A program made the position numbers and the translations under genes. The notes under the pieces are model-generated. The model was not told the DNA's origin, ran no database searches, and worked only from the letters and a program-made list of their open reading frames with translations. Below are positions 53,778 to 63,830 of a DNA stretch of 64,000 nucleotides, in pieces. Source of the stretch: Rhodothermales bacterium (GTDB lineage: Bacteria; Bacteroidota; Rhodothermia; Rhodothermales; JABDKH01); the NCBI GenBank assembly GCA_013002345.1, contig JABDKH010000200.1, forward strand, positions 664 to 64,663, written 5' to 3'. The stretch's first letter is position 1. Each line of letters starts with the position of its first letter.

Positions 53778-56000
53778 ATGAGTGATCGACCCAACCAGGG
53801 AACCGGGTTGACCACGTTTCAGGGTGTATTCACACCTTCGATTCTGACGATCCTCGGCGTAATCATGTACCTGAGATTCGGGTGGGTGGTTGGTAGCGTC
53901 GGGCTGACAGGGACCCTTGCCATCGTCACCCTTTCCACAGGGATAACGTTTCTGACGGCGCTATCGATATCATCGATAGCAACAGCGCAGCAAGTCAAGG
54001 TCGGCGGCGCGTACTACATGATCAGCCGCACACTCGGCATCGAGAGTGGTGGCGCCGTCGGCATTCCCCTTTACATCGCCCAGGCGCTGTCGGTGGCACT
54101 TTACACCATCGGTTTTGCCGAGAGTGTCGTTCGCGTGTTCCCTACGCTCGACGAGAAACTGGTCGGAATGGTAACGACGGTCGGCGTGGCGCTTCTGGCG
54201 ATGAAGTCGGCCCGAGCGGCCATCCGGGCCCAGTACGTCATCATGGGCGCGATCGGTCTGTCGCTTGTGTCCCTCTTGCTTGGTGGACCGATAGACGGCG
54301 GCGAGTTCGTGAGTTCGACTACTCCGGTAACCGACGGGCCCGGATTCTGGGTAGTCTTTGCAGTGTTCTTCCCGGCCGTAACCGGAATCATGGCCGGCGT
54401 GAACATGTCCGGTGATCTCCGTGATCCGGGTCGATCGATTCCCCGCGGCACCCTCGCCGCCGTAGGTGCGGGCTACGCGATATACATGATCGTTCCGCTG
54501 TTTCTCGTTCGGTGGGCGCCGGCAAGCGAACTCGTTTCCGACCCGCTTATCATGAAGAGGATGGCGTTCTGGGGCGACGCCATCCTTCTCGGTGTTTGGG
54601 GCGCAACACTCTCCAGCGCCGTCGGCAGCATCCTGGGCGCCCCGCGGGTTCTACAGGCTCTGGCCCGCGATGGGGTCCTGCCAGATTCGTTTCGCTGGTT
54701 GGGACGCGGGACCGGGCCGGAAGATGAACCGCGCATCGGAACAGCCGTGACCTTCGCCATCGCGCTCATCACTGTGATGCTCGGCAACCTCAACGCGATC
54801 GCGCCCGTGCTGACCATGTTTTTCCTGACGACCTACGGCGTTCTGAACGTCGCAGCAGGGCTGGAGCGCTTCCTTCGAAACCCCTCGTTTCGCCCCAAAT
54901 TCCAGGTGCACTGGACGGTCTCATTTCTGGGCGCCATCGGATGCGGGGCAGTGATGTTTCTCATCAATCCGCTGGCGACGACCATCGCAGTTATCACCGT
55001 GGCGGGGATCTATTTCTGGCTGGAGAGAAAGGAACTCCGAAGCGAGTGGGGTGACGTTCGCAGGGGAATCTGGATGACCCTTACGCGAACCGGACTGTTT
55101 CACCTTCGAGACACCCCCGACCCAAAAAACTGGCGTCCCCATATCCTTGTGCTCTCCGGTGCACCGACGCGGCGATGGCACTTGATCGATCTTGCCTCGG
55201 CGATTTCCCACAACAAGGCCCTGATGACAGTATCTACCGTCGTCACAAGCCCTACGGTGGATCAGGCACGGATTGCCGCCCTCGAGAATACGATTCACGA
55301 GTTCATGGATCGAAAAGGCGTTCGATGCCTGGTACGAGCCGTTTCGGCCGCCACGCCGTTTGATGGTGCGACTGCTCTGGTCGACCTGTATGGATTGGGT
55401 GCTCTCGTGCCGAACACGATCCTCATGGGCGACAGCGAATCCAAAGAGCGCAGAGCCGAGTACTGCCGCATGATCGAACATTTCTTCCGGTCTAAACGGA
55501 ACACGGCGATCGTGCGCCACAACAGCGACCGGGGATTCGGAAGACGCCGACACATCGACGTCTGGTGGGGCGGCCTCAAGGGCAACGGGGCGCTGATGAT
55601 GATCCTTGCCTACTTGCTCAAAACCAGCCTGTCGTGGCGTGGCGCACAGGTAACGGTCAAGATGGTCGTTCCTTCGGCCGATGCTGCTCCGACTGTGAGT
55701 CAGAATTTGCATCAGCTTGTCGATAGCGCACGAACCGGAGCGGTGAGCGACGTGATTGTCGCGGACGGCCGATCTTTTGATGAGATTCTTCGCGACTCCT
55801 CAAGCGAGGCAGACCTGATATTCATGGGTATGGCGGAACCTCATCTTGGCTTCGTGGAATACTACGAACGCCTGCAGGTGCGCCTCGAAGGCCTTGCGTC
55901 GACCGTCCTCGTACTTAGCGCGGAGGACATCTCGTTTGGAGATGTCCTGATCGAGAAGGACCAGGGTGCGCAAGAGGACCCTCGAGCCACTCGAAACTGA
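53778..56000 (+). CDS. SLC12-like cation-chloride cotransporter (APC superfamily) with a large cytoplasmic C-terminal domain
   Basis: LTTFQGVFTPSILTILGVIMYLRFGWVVGSVG signature and about 12 TM helices, then NWRPHILVLSG and a regulatory domain of about 270 aa. The ORF track begins at 53739, but ATG 53778 (MSDRPNQ) is more likely. Confidence 0.87.
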   Translation: MSDRPNQGTGLTTFQGVFTPSILTILGVIMYLRFGWVVGSVGLTGTLAIVTLSTGITFLTALSISSIATAQQVKVGGAYYMISRTLGIESGGAVGIPLYIAQALSVALYTIGFAESVVRVFPTLDEKLVGMVTTVGVALLAMKSARAAIRAQYVIMGAIGLSLVSLLLGGPIDGGEFVSSTTPVTDGPGFWVVFAVFFPAVTGIMAGVNMSGDLRDPGRSIPRGTLAAVGAGYAIYMIVPLFLVRWAPASELVSDPLIMKRMAFWGDAILLGVWGATLSSAVGSILGAPRVLQALARDGVLPDSFRWLGRGTGPEDEPRIGTAVTFAIALITVMLGNLNAIAPVLTMFFLTTYGVLNVAAGLERFLRNPSFRPKFQVHWTVSFLGAIGCGAVMFLINPLATTIAVITVAGIYFWLERKELRSEWGDVRRGIWMTLTRTGLFHLRDTPDPKNWRPHILVLSGAPTRRWHLIDLASAISHNKALMTVSTVVTSPTVDQARIAALENTIHEFMDRKGVRCLVRAVSAATPFDGATALVDLYGLGALVPNTILMGDSESKERRAEYCRMIEHFFRSKRNTAIVRHNSDRGFGRRRHIDVWWGGLKGNGALMMILAYLLKTSLSWRGAQVTVKMVVPSADAAPTVSQNLHQLVDSARTGAVSDVIVADGRSFDEILRDSSSEADLIFMGMAEPHLGFVEYYERLQVRLEGLASTVLVLSAEDISFGDVLIEKDQGAQEDPRATRN

Positions 56001-56035
56001 ACGAAACAAAAAGGAGACTACTTCTCCCTTCTGGC

Positions 56036-56950
56036 ATGCTAACGGTCTCCGCTGTTACAAAGAAATATGCGACAAAGCTGGCCGTTGACCGGGTCAGCTT
56101 TAGCGTTGATAAGGGTCGGATTTTCGGACTCCTTGGCCCCAACGGCGCCGGGAAGACGTCAACGATTCGGATGATCGCCTTCATCACGATGCCCGACGAG
56201 GGTGAGATCCGGTTTCAGGATCGCACGGTCGGCGCCTGGAGCCAACGCGTCATGGGCTATCTCCCTGAGGAGCGCGGCCTGTACAAGAAGATGCGCGTGC
56301 GAGACCAACTAGAGTATCTCGCGGCTCTGAAAGGCATGTCCAGTTCAGATGCAAGCGACGCCATTACATACTGGCTGGATCGGTTCGAAGCCTCCTCATG
56401 GGGGAGCAAGAAGATCGAGGAGCTGTCCAAGGGGATGCAGCAAAAAGTTCAGTTCATCGCAACAGTCGCCCACAAACCACAGTTGCTGATTTTCGATGAA
56501 CCGTTCAGTGGACTCGATCCGCTAAACGCCGAGCTGCTGCAGGAAGTCATTTTCGAACTGAAGGAGGACGGCCGCACCATTCTCTTCGCGTCGCACCGCA
56601 TGGAGCAGGTCGAGCAACTTTGCGACGATATCTGCCTCGTCTCCGATGGCCGCGTTGTCCTCGACGGAGCACTGCGTGACGTCAAGAACTCCTTCGGGAG
56701 AGATGTTATCAATCTTGAGTTCAGCGGTAGCACAGACTTTCTAACGCAGCTTGAAACCGTTGGAAATATCCGCGTGATCAACAAGACCCAGAATCGAGCC
56801 GAGGTGCGGCTGCTGGATGGAACCGAACCGCGAGTAGTCCTCGAGGCATCGATAGCCAACCTCGACGAGATTCATAAATTCGAACTTGTTGAGCCTAGCC
56901 TCAATGAGATCTTTATCGCTGTGGTTTCGGGGGCAGATGTCCATGCGTAG
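56036..56950 (+). CDS. ABC transporter ATP-binding protein (NatA/ABC-2 type)
   Basis: 304 aa. Walker A GPNGAGKTS, signature LSKGMQQK, Walker B LLIFDEP, and a C-terminal domain typical of NatA-like ATPases. Confidence 0.93.
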   Translation: MLTVSAVTKKYATKLAVDRVSFSVDKGRIFGLLGPNGAGKTSTIRMIAFITMPDEGEIRFQDRTVGAWSQRVMGYLPEERGLYKKMRVRDQLEYLAALKGMSSSDASDAITYWLDRFEASSWGSKKIEELSKGMQQKVQFIATVAHKPQLLIFDEPFSGLDPLNAELLQEVIFELKEDGRTILFASHRMEQVEQLCDDICLVSDGRVVLDGALRDVKNSFGRDVINLEFSGSTDFLTQLETVGNIRVINKTQNRAEVRLLDGTEPRVVLEASIANLDEIHKFELVEPSLNEIFIAVVSGADVHA

Positions 56951-56989
56951 CCAGCATATACCTTTCGTGCGTTACAGCGTGCCAGTCTT

Positions 56990-58279
56990 ATGAAAAGTGC
57001 CCTGTGGGTAATTGCGCAACGCGAGTACATTCAGCGGGTGAAGACCAAAGGTTTTGTCATCGGCACATTGCTCGGTCCGATCTTTATGATCGCCCTGATC
57101 GCTATCCCCGTCTTTGTCATGGTCGCCGTCGATGAGCAGGTGACGCGAAAGATCGCGATCGTCGATGAGACCGGCGTACTGGCCGATGCCCTGGATTTCC
57201 CTGTCGAGTTTGAGATGGTTCAGCTCGACGTTCCCGTTGACACGATTCGGTTCATGGTGGAAGAACAACTGCTTGACGGGTATTTGTTGCTTCCGGCCGA
57301 TGTTCTTCAGGGACTAGGGCCCGCTTCCTTCTACTCGCGAGGGGGAGGAGGCTTGATGTTTTCCACCCAGCTCCAGCAGGTCGTAGATCGTGCCGTGAGG
57401 CAACGCCGACTGGTAGACGCCGGGGCGCCGGATGCCGTGCTACGGATTCTGAACGACAACGTCGACGTTCGAATGGTAAAGCTTACCGATCAGGGTGAGG
57501 AGGCCGATGCTGCAACGGCGCTTGCCGGCATCGGCTATGTCATGGGATTCGTCATCTATATCTGCATGTTCATCTACGGCGCCTTTGTGATGCGCGGAGT
57601 TATTGAGGAGAAGACAAACCGCATCGCCGAACTCATCGCATCATCAGCCAGACCATTTCAATTGATGATGGGCAAGGTACTTGGCATCGGAGCGATGGGC
57701 CTGACGCAGTTTCTCGTCTGGTGCATTCTTGGCATGGGTATCATGGCGTTTGGCGGCGCCATTGCAGCGCTGTTTATCGATCCAGCCGAATACGGTCTGA
57801 CCGAGACAACCAATCAGCAGGCCGTACTCGACGCGGCGGGCGTGACGATCCCGCAGATCCCGTTCAGCGCGTTTGTTCTTTTCGTTCTCTTTTTCATTGG
57901 CGGATACCTGCTGTACGCCAGCCTGTTTGCAGCCGTAGGAAGCGCAGTAGAGCAGGAGTCCGATGCACAGCAGTTCGTCCTTCCAATCGCCGCACCCATC
58001 ATCGTTCCCATGTTGATGATCGGGCACGTAATCGAGAGCCCGGACAGTGCGCTGTCATTCTGGCTTTCGATCGTCCCGTTCTTCTCACCCATTCTGATGA
58101 CGGTGAGAATCGCAGCCACCAACGTGCCCCTGTGGCAAACAATACTGGCACTTGCGCTTCTGGGCGGCGCCTTCCTTGGATCAATCTGGATATCGTCCAG
58201 GATCTATCGCGTGGGGATTCTGATGTACGGCAAGAAACCCAGCTTCACCGACATCATCCGCTGGCTGCGGCAGGGCTAG
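56990..58279 (+). CDS. ABC-2 family transporter permease (NatB-like)
   Basis: 429 aa. N-terminal TM helix, large extracytoplasmic loop, five C-terminal TM helices. It directly follows the ATPase gene. Confidence 0.88.
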   Translation: MKSALWVIAQREYIQRVKTKGFVIGTLLGPIFMIALIAIPVFVMVAVDEQVTRKIAIVDETGVLADALDFPVEFEMVQLDVPVDTIRFMVEEQLLDGYLLLPADVLQGLGPASFYSRGGGGLMFSTQLQQVVDRAVRQRRLVDAGAPDAVLRILNDNVDVRMVKLTDQGEEADAATALAGIGYVMGFVIYICMFIYGAFVMRGVIEEKTNRIAELIASSARPFQLMMGKVLGIGAMGLTQFLVWCILGMGIMAFGGAIAALFIDPAEYGLTETTNQQAVLDAAGVTIPQIPFSAFVLFVLFFIGGYLLYASLFAAVGSAVEQESDAQQFVLPIAAPIIVPMLMIGHVIESPDSALSFWLSIVPFFSPILMTVRIAATNVPLWQTILALALLGGAFLGSIWISSRIYRVGILMYGKKPSFTDIIRWLRQG

Positions 58280-58329
58280 AGCGGCCGATTGGGATTGCAC
58301 CGTCGCGTCCGCGGACCTAGACTACCCAC

Positions 58330-60639
58330 ATGAATACGCCCGGTCGCATTTCTGTACTTGTCGCCCTTCTGACTGCCGTTCTGGTCAACCTTGTCGTCGT
58401 AGAGGCCACGGGACAGACGGCCACGCTTCGAGGATTCGTTCGTGACTCGCAGACTATGCGGCCTCTACAGGGCGCCTCGATTGTTCTGCAACAGGAAGGA
58501 AGATTACGCTTCGGCACGGCTACCGATGGAGATGGATACTTTATCCTGCCGAGGGTAACTCCAGATCGGTACGAGATGGTAGTTACGTACGTGGGGTATG
58601 CGCCGGCTCGCGAGTCCGTTGACGTTCGAGCAGATCGGCAGGAGTTCATGCGGATCGTGCTCGTGCCTGCAGCACAGAGCATGGAGGAAGTGATCGTTGA
58701 GGTCCAGGCCGAGGGCGGCATCACAGCGGTGAGTGCCGGATTGCAAGTCGTCCAGCCGGCGGATATCCAGCGCGTTCCGGTGCTGGGCGCAAGCGGAGAT
58801 CTGGCCGGGTATCTTCAGACCATACCGGGCGTCGCAATACAGGGTGATCGTGGCGGGCAGTTCTTCGTCCGCGGGGGTTCGACCGACCAGAATCTGGCGC
58901 TTCTGGATGGTATCCCGATTTATCAGCCCTTCCACATTGTCAGCTTCTATTCAGCGTTCCCGGAAGAGATCGTCGATCACGCCGACGTGTACACCGCCGG
59001 GTTCGGAGCCGCCTACTCAACGCGGCTCTCCTCGGTGATGGATGTATCAACGCGGAATGGTAACAAGGAGCGTTTCGCCGGATCGGCCGCAATCGCTCCA
59101 TTCCTGAGCGGAGCACGGCTGGAAGGTCCGATTATTCCCGAACGCGTTTCGTTCGTTGCATCGGCTCGACAGTCGCTCGTGGAAGAGCTGACGCCCAATC
59201 TCTACGGCCAGCGTTTGCCATACCGGTTCGGGGATCGCTTCGCTAAACTGCATGCGTTTGTCGGTGCGAGTCACACGGTCTCCGTGACTGGGCTCAGCAC
59301 GACAGATCGTGGCAATATCGCCGGGACGGTCACGAACTTCGACGGAAGTTTCGTCCCGCGTGAATCCGACGAGGATTCAGAGCGAGAGGTCTCGTGGACG
59401 AATCGCGCGGTCGGCGGACGGTATGCATATCGCTCCCGGCGGCTGCCGCTGTTCCTGGAGATGCATACATCGACTTCCCGATCCACCAACGAGATCGGAC
59501 CAAAAGATGTCCCGGAGCGATCGGCTTCCATCGAGAGCACGGATGCGAGTCTCGTTGCCTCGGTATTTGGCAAACCTGGCGAATTCAAAGTCGGTGCCCG
59601 CTGGCGAGAATCCACCATGGCGTACGAACTGGGCGGACAGTTCCAGGATCTCGAAGAGGGCTCCGTCAAGACGACTGAGATCAATGCGTTTGCGGAGGCT
59701 GTCAGCAATGTTGGCAATGACCGCCTCAGCGTGAACCCCGGAGTTAATGTGTATGTCATCCCGGATCGCGACGACCTCAAGGTTGACCCGCGACTCCGCA
59801 TGACGTGGTCGGTCCCGTTGGCGTTCGGTCTACATACGGCACATGCCGCGTTCGGGCGATTCCATCAACTCATTGTCGGACTGTCCGACGAGCGTGACGT
59901 CGGCAATGTATTCACAGCCTGGGTCCCTGCCGCTGACTCGCTGGAGTTGCCGGCCGCCTGGCACGCTGTGAGTGGATGGTCCTCACAATTTCCCGGAGGA
60001 ATCGGTTTCGCGGTGGAGGGATACGTGAAGACATTTTCCAGTCTGTCGGTGCCGGTCTTCAGCCCCTTTCCAGGTTTTACGACGGCCCTGCAGCCCGCCG
60101 ATGGAACCGCACGAGGACTTGACGTGCGCATCGAAACAGATGCTCGCCCATTTATCAACCGGTCCACATTTTCCGGATACGTGAGCTATGCACTATCCGA
60201 TGTAGAATACCGAACCGACACGTTCTCGTACCATCCGGCGCAGCATCGAACGCATCAAGTGAATGCCATGGTCAGAGTGGAACGTGACGGACTGGGAGTG
60301 ATCATACAATGGCAGTACGGGTCCGGATTTCCGCTGACGAAATCAGCAGGGTTCGATGTCTGGCAATACCTGACTCCGGCGTCGCAGGTATCAAGCGACC
60401 CCGGTACCATCAGGGTCCTGTATCTGGAGCCGTTCGGCGGTCGCCAACCCAACTACGAGCGGGTCGATGTGTGGCTGGACAAGGTTGTCGATCTTGGACG
60501 TGCGCGCGCAACCGTGCGGGCCGGAATCGTGAACCTGCTGAATCGCAACAACCTGTTCTACTTCGACCTCTTCACGCTCAGACGAGTCGATCAGATGCCG
60601 CTCACACCGTCGGTCGGATTCAAGATCGAGTTGCTATGA
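58330..60639 (+). CDS. TonB-dependent receptor with N-terminal CarboxypepD_reg-like domain
   Basis: 769 aa. Signal peptide, carboxypeptidase-regulatory-like domain (TLRGFVRDSQTMRPLQGASIVL...GYFILPRVTPDRYEMVVTYVGY), plug (IPGVAIQGDRGGQFFVRGGSTDQNLALLDGIPIYQPFH), beta-barrel ending in VGFKIELL. Confidence 0.9.
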   Translation: MNTPGRISVLVALLTAVLVNLVVVEATGQTATLRGFVRDSQTMRPLQGASIVLQQEGRLRFGTATDGDGYFILPRVTPDRYEMVVTYVGYAPARESVDVRADRQEFMRIVLVPAAQSMEEVIVEVQAEGGITAVSAGLQVVQPADIQRVPVLGASGDLAGYLQTIPGVAIQGDRGGQFFVRGGSTDQNLALLDGIPIYQPFHIVSFYSAFPEEIVDHADVYTAGFGAAYSTRLSSVMDVSTRNGNKERFAGSAAIAPFLSGARLEGPIIPERVSFVASARQSLVEELTPNLYGQRLPYRFGDRFAKLHAFVGASHTVSVTGLSTTDRGNIAGTVTNFDGSFVPRESDEDSEREVSWTNRAVGGRYAYRSRRLPLFLEMHTSTSRSTNEIGPKDVPERSASIESTDASLVASVFGKPGEFKVGARWRESTMAYELGGQFQDLEEGSVKTTEINAFAEAVSNVGNDRLSVNPGVNVYVIPDRDDLKVDPRLRMTWSVPLAFGLHTAHAAFGRFHQLIVGLSDERDVGNVFTAWVPAADSLELPAAWHAVSGWSSQFPGGIGFAVEGYVKTFSSLSVPVFSPFPGFTTALQPADGTARGLDVRIETDARPFINRSTFSGYVSYALSDVEYRTDTFSYHPAQHRTHQVNAMVRVERDGLGVIIQWQYGSGFPLTKSAGFDVWQYLTPASQVSSDPGTIRVLYLEPFGGRQPNYERVDVWLDKVVDLGRARATVRAGIVNLLNRNNLFYFDLFTLRRVDQMPLTPSVGFKIELL

Positions 60640-61565
60640 CAGCAAGATCCGCCATACGAGGACTGGTCATTCTCTTTCTTTGCGCCACGCCTGTGAGCTG
60701 CGAGATGTTTGAGGATACGAAGATCGACCCGTTTGAAGGCCAGGGAGCGTACTTCACGATGTACGGGTTTCTGGACGCGACAAGAGTGGAGCAGGAGATT
60801 CGCATCAGTCCCGTCCGACGCACGCCCGAGGTTATCCGATCGCCCACAGACGATAACGCGTTCATCGATGCAGCGGTGACCAGTACCGATCTGGAGACGG
60901 GGGTTTCCGTTGTGTGGCGCCACGAGCTCTCACAGCTCTCGGACGGTGCATACGCACATATCTTTCGGTCGTCACAGGTGCCGCGACCGGGTCGTGCGTA
61001 TCGCATAGACGTCGTGCGATCCGACGGAAAGGGCAGCAGCGCCACGACAGTGATACCTCTGTTGACATCGCTTTCGGAGCCCGTCCGCAGCCAGTTTCGC
61101 GAGGACTCGGGGATCCTCTTTCAGGACATTGCCCTGCCGGGCGTGACGCTGGCAGCAAATATCGAGGTGTTTTACGATGTAACAGATGGGGGCGTGTCGC
61201 ATTTCTTTCGTGTCACGCGATCGTATGATGCCGAGGGTGCGGGGAACGGGAACGGAGGATGGCAATTCACGCTCGACCTTTCGAGAGACGCCGCGTTCGT
61301 TCGGACTGTGGCCGAGCCCGTTCTTGGCCCGCGTTTGTCGCTCAACGGCATGGGCGTCCGCGTCCGCTGGGCAGATGAACAGTGGCCGCTTGTCGATGGA
61401 CCGATAGATATCGAGATCCTTGCGCAGCCCGGTGGATTATCCAATGTGGAAAACGGTTTCGGCTTCATCGGATCGATTGGAGACTACCTGCGGTTCTGGG
61501 ACATTACCGACGAAGCAATGAGGGCTGCCCTTGGCCTGGACGGCTCGGATCCAGCCCCGAGATAA
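60636..61565 (+). CDS. lipoprotein coupled to the TonB-dependent receptor (DUF4249-like by context)
   Basis: Internal ATG 60636 of ORF 60309-61565 overlaps the receptor stop (ATGA). Lipoprotein signal MTARSAIRGLVILFLCATPVSC. 309 aa. The family assignment comes from context and size only. Confidence 0.7.
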   Translation: MTARSAIRGLVILFLCATPVSCEMFEDTKIDPFEGQGAYFTMYGFLDATRVEQEIRISPVRRTPEVIRSPTDDNAFIDAAVTSTDLETGVSVVWRHELSQLSDGAYAHIFRSSQVPRPGRAYRIDVVRSDGKGSSATTVIPLLTSLSEPVRSQFREDSGILFQDIALPGVTLAANIEVFYDVTDGGVSHFFRVTRSYDAEGAGNGNGGWQFTLDLSRDAAFVRTVAEPVLGPRLSLNGMGVRVRWADEQWPLVDGPIDIEILAQPGGLSNVENGFGFIGSIGDYLRFWDITDEAMRAALGLDGSDPAPR

Positions 61566-61664
61566 GGCCGCTTCCAACATGAATCTCAAGCCAACCGCGA
61601 TATCGTCGCAACCTGGAACGCACGCACCTGTATCAGGCAGCGAATCAGAAGCAGGCCATTGTGA

Positions 61665-63734
61665 ATGCCCCACAGTTCCACTGACAAGAAGTCTTTCAAA
61701 CTCACCTCGCCGTTTGAGCCCACCGGTGATCAGCCCTCAGCGATCGTGGAGCTCGTCTCCGGACTGAAACGCGGCGATGATCAGCAAGTGCTTCTCGGAG
61801 CGACGGGCACTGGCAAGACGTTCACACTCAGTCACGTCATCGCACAGCACGGCAAGCCGACGCTCGTGATGAGCCACAACAAGACGCTCGCGGCACAGCT
61901 CTATGCAGAGTTCACCCAGTTCTTCCCGGACAATGCGGTCGAGTTCTTCATCTCCTATTACGACTACTACCAGCCGGAGGCATACATCGTCCATTCCGAC
62001 ACTTACATCGAAAAGGACATGTCTATCAACGACCGCATAGACCGGCTGCGGCTGCGGGCAACGAGTATGCTGACCTCGGGCCGAGAGGACGTGATCGTAG
62101 TAGCCAGCGTTTCGTGCATATACGGCATAGGTTCGCCCGACGAGTATCGGTCTCAGATTGTCCAGTTTCGCGCTGGCCAGGAATATGACAGAAACCAGCT
62201 GCTGCGCGACCTGGTCGGAATCCACTACAGCAGAAACGACGTCGAATTCGTTCCGGGCAATTTTCGCGTTCGCGGCGATGTCGTTGAAGTGTTCCCCGCG
62301 TATATGGAGGACCTCGCGTATCGTATCGAGTTCTGGGGAGACGAGATCGAGCAGGTCAGCGTTTTCGAACCGGTATCGGGCCAGACCGAGTCGGAAGAAG
62401 AGTTCTTGACCATTTATCCCGCGAAGCTGTTTGTTACGCCGCGGGACGAACTCGACAAGGCACTCAAGTCGATCCAGGAGGAGTTGAACTGGCGGCTCGC
62501 CGTGCTCCGGGAGGAAAACCGACTGCTGGAAGCCCAGCGCCTTGAGCAGCGAACCCTGTTTGATCTTGAGATGATGCGCGAGGTAGGCTACTGCGCGGGA
62601 ATCGAGAACTATTCGCGTCACCTTTCCCGCCGCGACCCGGGCGAGCGGCCGTATTGCCTGCTGGACTACTTCCCCGATGACTTCCTCATGATTATAGACG
62701 AGAGCCATGTGACGCTGCCTCAGGTGCGCGCCATGTACAACGGCGATCGAGCGCGGAAGCTCAACCTGGTTGAACACGGATTTCGTCTCCCCTCCGCCCT
62801 CGATAATCGGCCAATGACGTTCGAGGAATTCGAGGCGGCCCAGAATCAGGTGATCTACGCCAGCGCCACCCCCGCGGACCACGAACTCGAACGAAGCGCC
62901 GGTGTGGTGGTCGAGCAGATAATCAGGCCGACGGGAATTCCGGACCCCGTGGTGGAGATCAGACCGACCAGGAATCAGATCGATGATCTTCTCGAAGAGA
63001 TACGACGCACCGTCAAGGAATCTGAACGATGTCTTGTCACCACGCTCACCAAACGGATGGCCGAGGACCTTTCCGACTATCTGGAGTCATACGGCATCGG
63101 GGTCCGATACCTCCACTCAGACATTGATGCGCTCGAGCGCGTGGAGATTCTGCGGGATCTCCGTCTTGGTGAGTTTGACGTGCTTGTCGGGGTCAACCTT
63201 CTCCGGGAAGGCCTCGACCTTCCTGAAGTGTCTCTGATTGCAATCCTCGACGCTGACAAGGAGGGATTTCTACGCAGCGAACGTTCGCTCATTCAGACTG
63301 CAGGTCGGGCGGCCAGAAACGTAAACGGTCTGATCGTCATGTATGCCGACAAGATGACGGGCTCGATGCAACGGATGATCTCGGAAACGAATAGAAGGCG
63401 AAAGATTCAGATCGCCTACAACGAGGAGCATGGGATCATCCCGAAGACCGTTCTGAAGTCGAGAGATCAGATACTTCAGGGCACGATTATCGCCGAGGAA
63501 AAGCAGATACCGGTCGGAGGTCCGTCGTCGGGTCGCGGTGACGGGGATGGGCAGGCACGGCGTGTGGCCGACCCGGTGGCGCGCTACCTGACGGACGAGC
63601 AGCGTCGGGATCTGATCGAGAACCTCAGGGAAGAGATGCTGGAGGCCAGCGACAACCTCGATTTTGAGCGTGCAGCAGAGCTTCGAGACAGTATTCAGCA
63701 GCTCGAAGAGCCCATTGGAGGCGATGAAGGCTGA
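61665..63734 (+). CDS. uvrB: excinuclease ABC subunit B
   Basis: 689 aa. Walker [19 protein letters not shown] beta-hairpin region, DESHVT, helicase motifs, C-terminal UVR domain [14 protein letters not shown]. Confidence 0.97.
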   Translation: MPHSSTDKKSFKLTSPFEPTGDQPSAIVELVSGLKRGDDQQVLLGATGTGKTFTLSHVIAQHGKPTLVMSHNKTLAAQLYAEFTQFFPDNAVEFFISYYDYYQPEAYIVHSDTYIEKDMSINDRIDRLRLRATSMLTSGREDVIVVASVSCIYGIGSPDEYRSQIVQFRAGQEYDRNQLLRDLVGIHYSRNDVEFVPGNFRVRGDVVEVFPAYMEDLAYRIEFWGDEIEQVSVFEPVSGQTESEEEFLTIYPAKLFVTPRDELDKALKSIQEELNWRLAVLREENRLLEAQRLEQRTLFDLEMMREVGYCAGIENYSRHLSRRDPGERPYCLLDYFPDDFLMIIDESHVTLPQVRAMYNGDRARKLNLVEHGFRLPSALDNRPMTFEEFEAAQNQVIYASATPADHELERSAGVVVEQIIRPTGIPDPVVEIRPTRNQIDDLLEEIRRTVKESERCLVTTLTKRMAEDLSDYLESYGIGVRYLHSDIDALERVEILRDLRLGEFDVLVGVNLLREGLDLPEVSLIAILDADKEGFLRSERSLIQTAGRAARNVNGLIVMYADKMTGSMQRMISETNRRRKIQIAYNEEHGIIPKTVLKSRDQILQGTIIAEEKQIPVGGPSSGRGDGDGQARRVADPVARYLTDEQRRDLIENLREEMLEASDNLDFERAAELRDSIQQLEEPIGGDEG

Positions 63735-63830
63735 TAACGACGTTCGGGCGTGGAATCGGCGGATTGCTTTCAGCGACAGAAAATCGTATACTTGCAGGCT
63801 GCTAGAAGAGAAGAATCTGGAATCAGGACG

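Noticed and set aside
53627-53815. A 62-aa minus-strand ORF in the gap upstream of the SLC12-like transporter gene.
   Set aside because: It is short and Arg/Gly-rich with no motifs, and it spans a probable promoter region and the transporter start. It is most likely spurious.
60309-60635. A 109-codon N-terminal extension of ORF 60309-61565 that overlaps the TonB receptor gene.
   Set aside because: The extension is Arg-rich shadow sequence inside the receptor gene. A clean lipoprotein signal begins at ATG 60636, which overlaps the receptor stop.
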